The notes beneath the pieces are model-generated. The model had not been told where the DNA came from, did no database searches, and saw nothing but the letters and a program-made list of their open reading frames with translations. Shown here in pieces: positions 17,701-25,744 of a DNA stretch of 64,000 nucleotides. Every line of letters begins with the position of its first letter. The first letter of the stretch is position 1. The DNA is taken from the NCBI GenBank assembly GCA_017513095.1, contig JAFWDJ010000011.1:731-64730 (forward strand), in the 5' to 3' direction. This DNA is from Clostridia bacterium (GTDB lineage: Bacteria > Bacillota > Clostridia > Oscillospirales > RGIG577). A program made the translations under genes and the position numbers.

Positions 17701-20700
17701 AGGCTTCCGCCAAATCCCAAAAGACCGAGTCCGGTACCTATATCGTCGGTCATGTCCTTTGCTATCTGCTTAGCCTTGTCGAAGTCCTCGTCAAGCTCCT
17801 TATTGTATTCATCATATTTATTCTGCGGATCGCCGCCGCCATCGCCGCCATCGCCGCCGTTGTCGCACGGACCTCCGCTGCCTCCGGGAGGAGCGGGCGT
17901 CGGCATCGGGGGCGCGGACGGAGTCGGGAGATCGTCGTAATCATGGGTAAGAAGCTCCCCGGCTTCCGCTACCTTTTTGGCTGCCTGTAATTCGTCGATA
18001 TGTTCCTTGCCCCAGTTAATTATCGGACCGAACAAAGAACCAAGCCCGTCCGCGGACATCGTCTGCGCCTCTTCCCCTGCGTCTATAAGGGGCAGAGACA
18101 TTACGCCGAGGCCGCTTATTCTGGACGTATACGTCAACTCATCCGCGTTGATATCGACGTCAACTCTTATTTTAGCGGGCGTCCCGGACAAAAGTACGGT
18201 CGCAGCTTCATCTGTGTTAAGTGCAGGGTTTTGGTCCTTCCACTCGTAGTATATCTGATACTGCGCGCCGTCGGCCGTTTCAACGGCAGGCAGATACCAG
18301 CGGTTGTCGGGGCCGAAAAGGTCTTTCATTGCGGCCTCGAACTCTGCTTCGCCGTAATCGTAAAGCCCGTTTGCAACAAGCGATACGTACTTATCCCAGT
18401 CGGCTATCGCCTGATCCTGAATCTCCTGCGATTCGAAGGGCTTAAGCACAACTCCCCTGTCCGCGCTGTACGTATGTGCGTAGGGTGAGGGGTCTTCGTC
18501 CAAATCTATTTCCGCCACGGGGGCCGAAAGATCGGTCTCTTCCTCCCATTCTATCCAGAAGGCGCTTACGGGATGTATCGCGTCTCCCAGCTTTCCTTCT
18601 CCTTTAAAAGTATCCCCGTAACGAACAAGCTTTAACGTATCAAGCTCGCTTTCCGTATCGGCCTTTAAATATACCGCTTTAACTCTATCGGGATTATTGA
18701 ATGACACTGATGCCCATAAGTTTTGAAACGGTGATATCGTTAAATAGGAATGATCGAAAAGCGAATATCCGCATACATTTGCCGATTTAAGCGTGGGCGA
18801 GCCGTCATATACTACGGAAAAATACGCCTCTGCCGTTTCAAGCGGCTCGCTTTCACCCTCTCTTGAAACGCTTACCCTTGCTTTTCCTTCGTGTATCTTA
18901 TTTTCGGGGAATAAAGTTACGGTATACTTTCCCACAGGGCCGTAAAGCGCTATTGTTTTCTGCGTTCCGTCAACAACGCTTCCGTCGGGTCTTATCTCCT
19001 CGACGGTAAGTATATAATCATCGCCGGAGCCGCCGTACTTTGAAAGGTCAAACTCGGTAAATACAGAAATGCCTTGGCTTGCCGCATCCGTCTTTCTTAC
19101 CTTTGGATTATATATATCGGCTGAAAGCACGCTGTGATATGCAGCCGAAGAAGCTAACGGAACGGTAAATTCGCGGCCGTCAAAAGTAAGCTTTCGGAAA
19201 AACTGCGATACGGCGCCGTTTTCAAGCGCGTCGGCGGAGATATCATAGCTCAGATGCAGTACGTTAAGGTCAACGCCGTTGTCATTTATATAAACGGTAT
19301 TATCCTTTACCTCATAGGATACAGGCGCATTTCCCCATCCGGGCACTCTTGCAAGCGAAACGTTCTTTGCTCCGTCCGGCAGTATTACCATAGCCGACTG
19401 GTCTGAAACCTCACTGCTTCGCGAATATTGTATGGTGACTCGCGTTTTAACGCGGAAGGTATCCGCGGTCAAATACGATACCTCCGGGCCTGAGGAGAAT
19501 CCGTTCTCCGATTTATTTATGCGGTTCATAACGGGATCGTTTTCTATCAACAGTGTACCCGGATCGCTGCTTTGGGGCGTAACTTTTACGTATTCGCGCG
19601 AACTAAACAACCAGTACCGGGGATCTTCTCCGGCGTCTGTGTTCCATGTACCGACCACGAGGTAAGACACTCCGGGTATAAGATATACCTTTGTCTCGGA
19701 CAGCGTAGTCACCTCGTCGAATACTTTTTCGCCGGTCGACAGCGCATATACGATAATTCTTCGCGGCGTAAGATAATAATCGTCCGTCAAGGTGTTTATC
19801 TTTACCGTATACTCCGCGGCCGTCATTTTATCGACCGTTACGTTAATTTCATCGGGTACGCCCGCGGAACCCTTTGCAAGCGTAAACGTGCCCGTTCCCG
19901 AAAGACTGTAATCTTCGCCTATGCCGGATACGCTCAGCGTAACGGGAGTGCCCTTCGGAAGCTGAAGCGCGTTGAATAATACGCTTCCCTTCCCCGTCGG
20001 TGTATTCAGGGAGGCCGTGCTGTTGCCTATTCGGTAACAAAGCGATGAGGCGTCCGCGCTGCTCTGCCCGATGGGAATAAGGTTCCCGTCTTCCTCTATA
20101 AGCACGTTAACTTTAAGCTCAAGCGAACCCCTGAACGTGCGGTCAGCCTGTATCGTAACGCTCTGCGCGTCGAATGCTGCACTTGTATTCGCGTTTACAT
20201 AATACTCGCCGTCAACGCCCGTAGACGCGTCGTAGTCAATACTTGCGTAGAACGGCGAATGATTCACGCTCGTCCACGATACGGCAGCTTTGCCGTTTTC
20301 GTCGGTCGTTGCCTCTGCCATGGTATGGGACGACTTCAAATAGACAAAGCGGGCGTTAGGCGCAGGCTCTCCCAACTCGTTTTCGATATTTACCAAAATG
20401 GTGCGCGTCTCCTGACTCACTGTGTCAAGTACCGCCGTTTCAAGACGCAGAGCTTTACCGGTTGCGCCAAAGCTTAAAGTGCGCGGCTCCGCGCGAAGTG
20501 TGCCGTACTCGGTCTTGGCGTAGAACGCTTCCGTAGTTACTTTGACGTCTCCGTCCGTGCGCAGGGGAATTATTTCGGTATCCGTTTCATACCAGATGAC
20601 CTGTCCGCTTTCATTCGTAACGCCGCCGTGTCTTGAGTCGGTCGAAACCCTTACCCCCTCAATCGGGGTTCCCTGCTTATCGACAATCCTTAAGGCGAAC

Positions 20701-23700
20701 AGATACTTTTCGGCGGAGACGTTAACGGACGCGTTCGAGTACGATACCGTTATGTCCGTCCATCTGTAAAGCCTCAGTCCGTTTCCGTCTGTCAGAACGA
20801 GGGCGTAATCATCGCCCGCGGGCGCCGTGAACGTACACGTTCCCGTTTTGGCGGAAATTTCGCTTTGAGCGCTGAATCCGTTCCCCGTCAAGGTAAGACT
20901 CATACCGGAAACGTTTGTAAGCTCTGCGAAGTCGTAATTTACACTAAAGTCGACGGCGCGGTCGATGCGGTCGTTTAACTCTGCGGAAAGCTTCTCGCCC
21001 GAAGCGTCGGCCTCGAAGTATATCTTCGTTACGGCCGCGGCCTCGTCGGGGAGCGTAAAGGCCGCCGTCCACAATACGCCGCTTCCCTGCGCATCGCACG
21101 TAAGCTCGGTCGTACTGCCGTCGTTTAATTCAAGCGTAAGCTTCGCCGCCGCGCTCTGTATGCTTCCCGATACGTGCGCGTTCACGCTTATATCGGCGCC
21201 TTTCATACTGCCGAGCCTGTTCTTATCGTATGCGGCGGCAAGGCGGTTGACGCTCGGTTCGTTCGTAAGCGTGACCGATACGGCTTCGCTCTCCTGCGAG
21301 CGGTTGCCCGCCGCGTCAATAGCGCTCACCGTATACGTGCACGTCGTGCCGGGCTCTATGCCCAGGTGCGTATACATGCGCGTGCAGATGCGGGCAAGCT
21401 CCGTACCGTTGCACGTAAGAATATATGCGCTTACGGCCGTGTCATCCGTGCTTCTGCCCCACCTTAAGGAAACGCTGCCGTTCGTTTGAAGCTCTGCGGT
21501 AAGTCCTCCGGGTACGGTGGGAGGCGTCGTGTCGGACGCGGCGTCGATATTCGTGCCCGCGGTCGCTGCGGCGCTTACGGCGCCGTCGGCGTCGACGGAG
21601 TATATCGAATAATTATAGAAGCGTCCTCCGCTTAGCTGCGCATCGGTATACGTCGTGCCCTTTATGTTGTCGGCAATTATCTCGCCGTCGCGCGCGAGGC
21701 GGTAGTGGTCGCAGTCCTCAGACGCGGACGCCGTCCACGTAAGAACCGCCTTGCCCGAGGCGGGCACCGCCTTAAAATCGGTCGGCGGCAGAAGGATCGG
21801 CGACGCCGTCGATTCGCCCGTTACGGTAAAGAATACGCTTTCACTCTTAAACGGATTCGTTTGTCGGCCAAGCGTCTTTATCTCGGCCTTTGCGGTATAC
21901 GTTCCCGCCGCAAGGCCGGTAAACTCGGCCACTTCTTCCGTTATATATTTCTCGCTCGAGGCCACGGGCGTGTTCGTGGAGTCATAAACGGTTATCTTCA
22001 CTGTGGGCGTCTCTGCGTCATCGGCCGACTCAAGCGACGCCTCTGCCTCTTCAAGCTCGCCGTCCGGATCGTTCAAGTATGCAAAGTACACGGCCACGTT
22101 TTCGGCAGAGTCCTTTATTCCCGCGGCGATCCTTACGGTATCGCCGACCGCATACTGACTTTTTTCTACGTATATGCCCGCCGAAAGCTCCGTGGTTCCA
22201 ACGTATTTGCTTGTGCCGACGGTCGATTCGGGAGCTGCAAAGAAGTAGTATTCCGCATACTCGCCGTATGCCTCGTAATCGCGGAATCCTATATAAAGCT
22301 CTTCCTTTTCGCGGCAGTTCTGATATATCACGCGGTCAAACCCCGACCAGCCGAGTGTGTATTCAAGCGGTTCGTCGGGCGTCTCGTCAAACGCGAACCA
22401 GTACGCGGCGTCGGCGTACAGAGAATCCTCCTCCGGAGTCGAAAGCGTGAGTCCCGGGTTCTGTTCGTTAAACGCGATCTCAATCGTGACCGTCGCGCCC
22501 TCGGGCGTATTCGTAAGGTCGGCCGTCGCGCGTCCCATAAGGAGTGCGCCGTTGTCAACGCCGAATACCGCGACGTCGTATTTGCCGCCTACGGGGAGAT
22601 CGGCATAATACGAGCTGGTATTTGCGTCCGCGGATTCGTCCGCCGCGTCGGAGGCGCTGCTCGGGATAAAATACTCATCCGAATTCGCATATTCATACAC
22701 GAAATTGCGTATTTCGGGGTCGCCGTTCTCATCCTCAAGGTAAGCGTACACGCCGCCTCCGTACAGCTCGCCCATGTCGTAGCTGCCCTTATCGTTTTCG
22801 GTGATTAAAACGACCTTAACGCGTGCGGAAGGACGGCTTTCCTGCGGATTCATCGTATATTCAAGCGTGAAGCTGTCATTTCCGAGCCATCCGAGCGCGG
22901 ACTGGTTAAGCTCTAAAACGATGCGGTTTGGGCCCACGGGCGCGCTCGCATGGTTTTGCGTGAGAACGAACTCGGCAACGCCCTCCCCGTCGGGCTCGTA
23001 CGCGCCGCCCCTGCTGTAGCCGCGCATATTCCAAGTACCGCTTGCGGAGTCGTAATCCTCGTTATAGATACTGAAGCCGCCGTACGTCTCGGACGCGGTG
23101 CTGTTAAAGTCCTTCGTGCCGCTGTAATAGTATCCGTAATCGGTCACCGGGTTTCCTATGCTGTCGGTGAGCTTTAAGGAGAGCGTAAGGTCGCTCTGTC
23201 CGATTTTCGGGGACGCGGGCGTAAGAGTAAGATTTTCGGCCTTAAGCGGGCCCGCGCCGATTGAGAGCGACTTTGCGCCCGTAATCGTCTGCTTTCCCAA
23301 AGACACGCCGATATATCTGTCTCGCGGATTCACGAGGTATCCCGTTATCTCGTATTCACCCGGCGCGACGCTCACGCTTCCGCCCGCTGCGGGAAGCTCA
23401 AATACGGCGCCGTCGAGCGAGAGTAAAAGCCGGCTCGGCTGATACGTGCCCGAAGGCATAAGCGTTACCGTATTCGCGGACGCGAGATCTGCGTCAAGAT
23501 TCCATACGATATCGTCGTCGACCGTTTTCTTCAAAATATAGTCTTCGCCGCTCGCGCAAAGCGAAATCTCGGAGTCGCACGAAAGCGAGAACGAAGCGCT
23601 TGCGCTCTCGTCGAGCGTAACGAGCTCAAAGCTGCCCCCCGCGGTCATGGCGGTTATATTCGCGCCTTCGAACGCGTCGCTGCCCGTTACGGTCACGTTT

Positions 23701-25514
23701 ATGCTGTCGCTTAAATTTACGTTAAGATTCTTTGATATGCCGAAGCTCTGCAGCGTGATGCTCTTTATCGCGTAAAAGCCCTCGCCGGATACGAAGAGCG
23801 TGGCCGCTGCTTCGGGATTGCTTAAATCGAGGATGCATCTGCCCTTTGAATCGGCACGGGCACCCGTTTCCACGCCGTATTCGTCGACGATAAGAGCCGT
23901 TGCGCCCGTCGCGGGCTTATTGTCGGGGCCGAATACCGTAACGGTCACGGTATTTTCGGAGCGTATCACGTAAAACCTTCCGCATTCCTCAGAATTGGAC
24001 GCGGGCTGCTCCACAGATTGACCCATCGCGTCGGTAAATCGGCATTTCCATGAATAGAACGACTCGTCAAGCGCGCTCGTATCGAAGGACGCCTCTATAT
24101 ATTCGCGCTCGGTCCCGTTAAGCGTGACCTCGCCCAAAAGAATGTCGCCTGACGAGCTGTATACGTCGCTTGCGTATACGCTCATCGTCGCGGCTTTCGC
24201 TCCCGGGTTGTATAGTAAGCCGCCAAGCGTTATTTCATCCTTAAAAGCCTCCGTGCTTACGCCCGGATCGGTCGTAAAGAGTACGCCGCCGCTTCCCATG
24301 AGCGAAATGCCGTTCGCGTAGTCCGTGAGGAGATTGGACGCATTCTGCGAACGGTCGAACGCGGTCATAACGGGCGCCATGTCGGACGAGTTCGCCGCAG
24401 CTGAGCTCTTCAGCGCCGCCGTCATGCCCGAAAGCAGCGCGGCGGAGGCCGACGTACCCGTAAACGTCTCATACGAGCTGCCCGCGCCCGTGGTCAAAAG
24501 ATCGGTGCCGGGAAGCCAGAAGAAGCTTACGCCCAGGTCCGAGGAGCGTACAGGCTTATTCGACCACGACTCGTACGAATAATAGGTCGAGTTCTTTTTC
24601 GCGTTCTTATGCGAGCCCGCGCAAATAACGCCGCGAAGCGCCGCGGGGTAATAATTGTAGCCTGCCGTGGAGATCGAATTTCCGTCGTTTCCGGCGGCAG
24701 CTATAACGGTGCAGCCCTTCGAAATCGCGTAGTCGACCGACTCCTGCATCGCCGCGGGAGCCGATTTCATGCTCTGACCGAGCGAGAGGTTTATTATATC
24801 CGCGCCGTTATCGGCAGCATAGCGGATACCCGCGGCGATATTGGCCACGGTACCCTTGTCATTCTCGGAAAGAACTCTTACGGGCATCACAGATACGGGC
24901 ATTTTGCCCGCAATTCCCGCAATACCGATATTGTTGTCGGCGTTGGCGGCGATAAGTCCCGCAACCTTGGTGCCGTGCGACTCCAACGATACGTCGCTGT
25001 TTTCGTCGGCCGCTATCGCCTTATCCGAAACTATATCCCAGCCGTCAATAACGCGTCCCGAAAGGTCGGGATGCGCGCCGTTTATGCCGCTGTCAACGAC
25101 AGCAACTGTAACGGGCACGGCGCTTGCGAGATAATTCTCGTCAAGAAGCTGCCATGCGCTCTCGGCATTTATAATCGGGATGTACTGCTGATCGGAGTAC
25201 CTCTCGTCGTTATAGTAGCCGCAGGCTTCCATTACGGCATTCTCCGTAACGGATATTACATCGGGACGGCCCGCATAATCGGACGCGTCCCCGCCTGAAA
25301 CGAGAACTGTCCCCTCCCACAGCAGTCTGCCGCCGTTTACGTCTGCGAACGCCTGCGCGGCCGCCGAATCGGTAAACGTGACAATCCATTCGCCTGACGC
25401 GCCGCGGTCATCGGCAGACGCCGCCATTACGCCCATCGGAAGCATGGTCGCAATCATGGCGAGCGCAAGCAGAAGCCCCAGCGCCTTTTTGAACGATCTT
25501 TTCATTTCCGCCAC
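14781..25514 (-). CDS. Giant (3577 aa) secreted S8 subtilisin-like protease with multiple Ig-like/FN3/Big_2 domains and C-terminal SLH anchor
   Basis: - Single uninterrupted ORF with a GGAG RBS.
- Signal peptide: KKALGLLLALAMIATMLPMGVMAASA.
- S8 catalytic triad: VAVVDSGI (D, ~25095), HGTKVAG (H, ~24975), GTSASAA (S, ~24452).
- Two FN3 domains at ~21255-21795.
- Big_2 domain at ~16465-16710.
- Chitobiase-C-like Ig domain at ~15615-15850.
- Listeria-Bacteroides (Flg_new) repeat at ~15365-15570.
- Three SLH repeats at ~14784-15340. Confidence 0.9.
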   Translation of the reverse strand: MAEMKRSFKKALGLLLALAMIATMLPMGVMAASADDRGASGEWIVTFTDSAAAQAFADVNGGRLLWEGTVLVSGGDASDYAGRPDVISVTENAVMEACGYYNDERYSDQQYIPIINAESAWQLLDENYLASAVPVTVAVVDSGINGAHPDLSGRVIDGWDIVSDKAIAADENSDVSLESHGTKVAGLIAANADNNIGIAGIAGKMPVSVMPVRVLSENDKGTVANIAAGIRYAADNGADIINLSLGQSMKSAPAAMQESVDYAISKGCTVIAAAGNDGNSISTAGYNYYPAALRGVICAGSHKNAKKNSTYYSYESWSNKPVRSSDLGVSFFWLPGTDLLTTGAGSSYETFTGTSASAALLSGMTAALKSSAAANSSDMAPVMTAFDRSQNASNLLTDYANGISLMGSGGVLFTTDPGVSTEAFKDEITLGGLLYNPGAKAATMSVYASDVYSSSGDILLGEVTLNGTEREYIEASFDTSALDESFYSWKCRFTDAMGQSVEQPASNSEECGRFYVIRSENTVTVTVFGPDNKPATGATALIVDEYGVETGARADSKGRCILDLSNPEAAATLFVSGEGFYAIKSITLQSFGISKNLNVNLSDSINVTVTGSDAFEGANITAMTAGGSFELVTLDESASASFSLSCDSEISLCASGEDYILKKTVDDDIVWNLDADLASANTVTLMPSGTYQPSRLLLSLDGAVFELPAAGGSVSVAPGEYEITGYLVNPRDRYIGVSLGKQTITGAKSLSIGAGPLKAENLTLTPASPKIGQSDLTLSLKLTDSIGNPVTDYGYYYSGTKDFNSTASETYGGFSIYNEDYDSASGTWNMRGYSRGGAYEPDGEGVAEFVLTQNHASAPVGPNRIVLELNQSALGWLGNDSFTLEYTMNPQESRPSARVKVVLITENDKGSYDMGELYGGGVYAYLEDENGDPEIRNFVYEYANSDEYFIPSSASDAADESADANTSSYYADLPVGGKYDVAVFGVDNGALLMGRATADLTNTPEGATVTIEIAFNEQNPGLTLSTPEEDSLYADAAYWFAFDETPDEPLEYTLGWSGFDRVIYQNCREKEELYIGFRDYEAYGEYAEYYFFAAPESTVGTSKYVGTTELSAGIYVEKSQYAVGDTVRIAAGIKDSAENVAVYFAYLNDPDGELEEAEASLESADDAETPTVKITVYDSTNTPVASSEKYITEEVAEFTGLAAGTYTAKAEIKTLGRQTNPFKSESVFFTVTGESTASPILLPPTDFKAVPASGKAVLTWTASASEDCDHYRLARDGEIIADNIKGTTYTDAQLSGGRFYNYSIYSVDADGAVSAAATAGTNIDAASDTTPPTVPGGLTAELQTNGSVSLRWGRSTDDTAVSAYILTCNGTELARICTRMYTHLGIEPGTTCTYTVSAIDAAGNRSQESEAVSVTLTNEPSVNRLAAAYDKNRLGSMKGADISVNAHVSGSIQSAAAKLTLELNDGSTTELTCDAQGSGVLWTAAFTLPDEAAAVTKIYFEADASGEKLSAELNDRIDRAVDFSVNYDFAELTNVSGMSLTLTGNGFSAQSEISAKTGTCTFTAPAGDDYALVLTDGNGLRLYRWTDITVSYSNASVNVSAEKYLFALRIVDKQGTPIEGVRVSTDSRHGGVTNESGQVIWYETDTEIIPLRTDGDVKVTTEAFYAKTEYGTLRAEPRTLSFGATGKALRLETAVLDTVSQETRTILVNIENELGEPAPNARFVYLKSSHTMAEATTDENGKAAVSWTSVNHSPFYASIDYDASTGVDGEYYVNANTSAAFDAQSVTIQADRTFRGSLELKVNVLIEEDGNLIPIGQSSADASSLCYRIGNSTASLNTPTGKGSVLFNALQLPKGTPVTLSVSGIGEDYSLSGTGTFTLAKGSAGVPDEINVTVDKMTAAEYTVKINTLTDDYYLTPRRIIVYALSTGEKVFDEVTTLSETKVYLIPGVSYLVVGTWNTDAGEDPRYWLFSSREYVKVTPQSSDPGTLLIENDPVMNRINKSENGFSSGPEVSYLTADTFRVKTRVTIQYSRSSEVSDQSAMVILPDGAKNVSLARVPGWGNAPVSYEVKDNTVYINDNGVDLNVLHLSYDISADALENGAVSQFFRKLTFDGREFTVPLASSAAYHSVLSADIYNPKVRKTDAASQGISVFTEFDLSKYGGSGDDYILTVEEIRPDGSVVDGTQKTIALYGPVGKYTVTLFPENKIHEGKARVSVSREGESEPLETAEAYFSVVYDGSPTLKSANVCGYSLFDHSYLTISPFQNLWASVSFNNPDRVKAVYLKADTESELDTLKLVRYGDTFKGEGKLGDAIHPVSAFWIEWEEETDLSAPVAEIDLDEDPSPYAHTYSADRGVVLKPFESQEIQDQAIADWDKYVSLVANGLYDYGEAEFEAAMKDLFGPDNRWYLPAVETADGAQYQIYYEWKDQNPALNTDEAATVLLSGTPAKIRVDVDINADELTYTSRISGLGVMSLPLIDAGEEAQTMSADGLGSLFGPIINWGKEHIDELQAAKKVAEAGELLTHDYDDLPTPSAPPMPTPAPPGGSGGPCDNGGDGGDGGGDPQNKYDEYNKELDEDFDKAKQIAKDMTDDIGTGLGLLGFGGSLLGDATLSQKDNVIDSLYDAQKKHLQDINNALKDLDPDGGGGGGGGSNPDCDPPNGKQPPAGGANSTAPRSNNSLIDPSGTVYEVNTANTLSGVKASLYYYNGSVPAGFDESNAEWQSEYWQTLPAWSEEGAWTLWNSTDYGQPENPLSTDADGHYGWDVLAGAWKVVFEKAGYLPAESMVLPVPPPHLDVDINMTSTGTPAVTEVRADKNGEVIYITFDKYMTLDSLKGDGSVRIFFGDTELSGEITAADATVTAEGAKQTPTEGGAQSGVTVGREFIYAIDQTAFDPLPVGASFRVTIDGEVSCYNGMALGAKYDSGLLTVPEKNPTPPVTAIAFADYENENMTVGDSADLSAKIVLTGGDGSEAITWSTNDAEVASVDANGKVTAVSEGTATIFAECGGLSAARGVVVVRGPVTADPANNKVEFCRSDNIVVDKRCWMWSVADNYDLEGKVEGDTKFIPVSWQITEDGVVMAGAELAESETTVVTPYYPKTDGATAVGSITYQEYRYNGVSWKPVGSPVTVTNTRVVAQVTGLALKTPPAKQTVGEPLKLSDMVLNISLSDGTVSEAPYEKIEKYGITYSIEPGTVLTENDTTLTLTHTTTGITLDVSLMEEPASAAAPVISPAGGTFQNSTTVTIASATEGAKIYYTVDGSAPDENSTPYAAPFAISDTTTVKAVAFADGLKPSTVTTAVFTKQSGSGGGGGGSSGKSSFRITFDTDGGIAMDSVVVSGGKVDLSKYVPVRDGYEFDGWYSDKELTKPITAPITISSNTTVYAKWTEKTEPSGGLPFVDVSEGQWFYGDVKYVYENGLMVGTDETHFSPDLKTTRGMIVTVLYRLAGSPEVTGECPFDDVGSLSYCRDAVTWAAENGVVTGYNEKTFGPDDTITREQMATIIYRYVKLSGGGFEGAWSMRLDFDDAGDISDWAFEAVSWCCMNGIITGMDENTLNPQGSATRAQTAAILHRFIELMNEA

Positions 25515-25621
25515 TCCTTCTATTGATTTTTATACTCAAAAAAATTACTTACAGTGAACAAAACCTCGAAAAAACATGCAGGATGACCATAACTTCCATA
25601 GCGAGAATGCTTTATTTATTT

Positions 25622-25650
25622 ATTATATCAAAGTTAACGCGCATATTCAA
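25622..25650 (-). promoter_or_regulatory. Sigma-A promoter of the giant protease gene
   Basis: The minus strand reads TTGAAT-17 nt-TATAAT, about 100 nt upstream of the ATG at 25514. Confidence 0.55.
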
Positions 25651-25694
25651 GTGTGATAAAAGAAGGATGGGTAAGAAGAGATGAGTCGGTGCGT

Positions 25695-25718
25695 AAAAAA
25701 AGCACGCCGAAGCGTGCT
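25695..25718 (-). terminator. Intrinsic terminator, second copy of the tRNA-Trp terminator
   Basis: AGCACGC-CGAA-GCGTGCT hairpin with a 7-U tail on the minus strand. It is identical in 23 nt to 26140-26162. Confidence 0.7.
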
Positions 25719-25744
25719 GTTGGTGTTGGGCTAATATCTTTAGT

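Noticed and set aside
21705-25298. Plus-strand ORFs of 367 aa (21705-22808) and 229 aa (24609-25298) antisense to the giant protease gene
   Set aside because: They are Arg-rich nonsense peptides without an RBS. The minus strand has an uninterrupted ORF with recognisable domains throughout.
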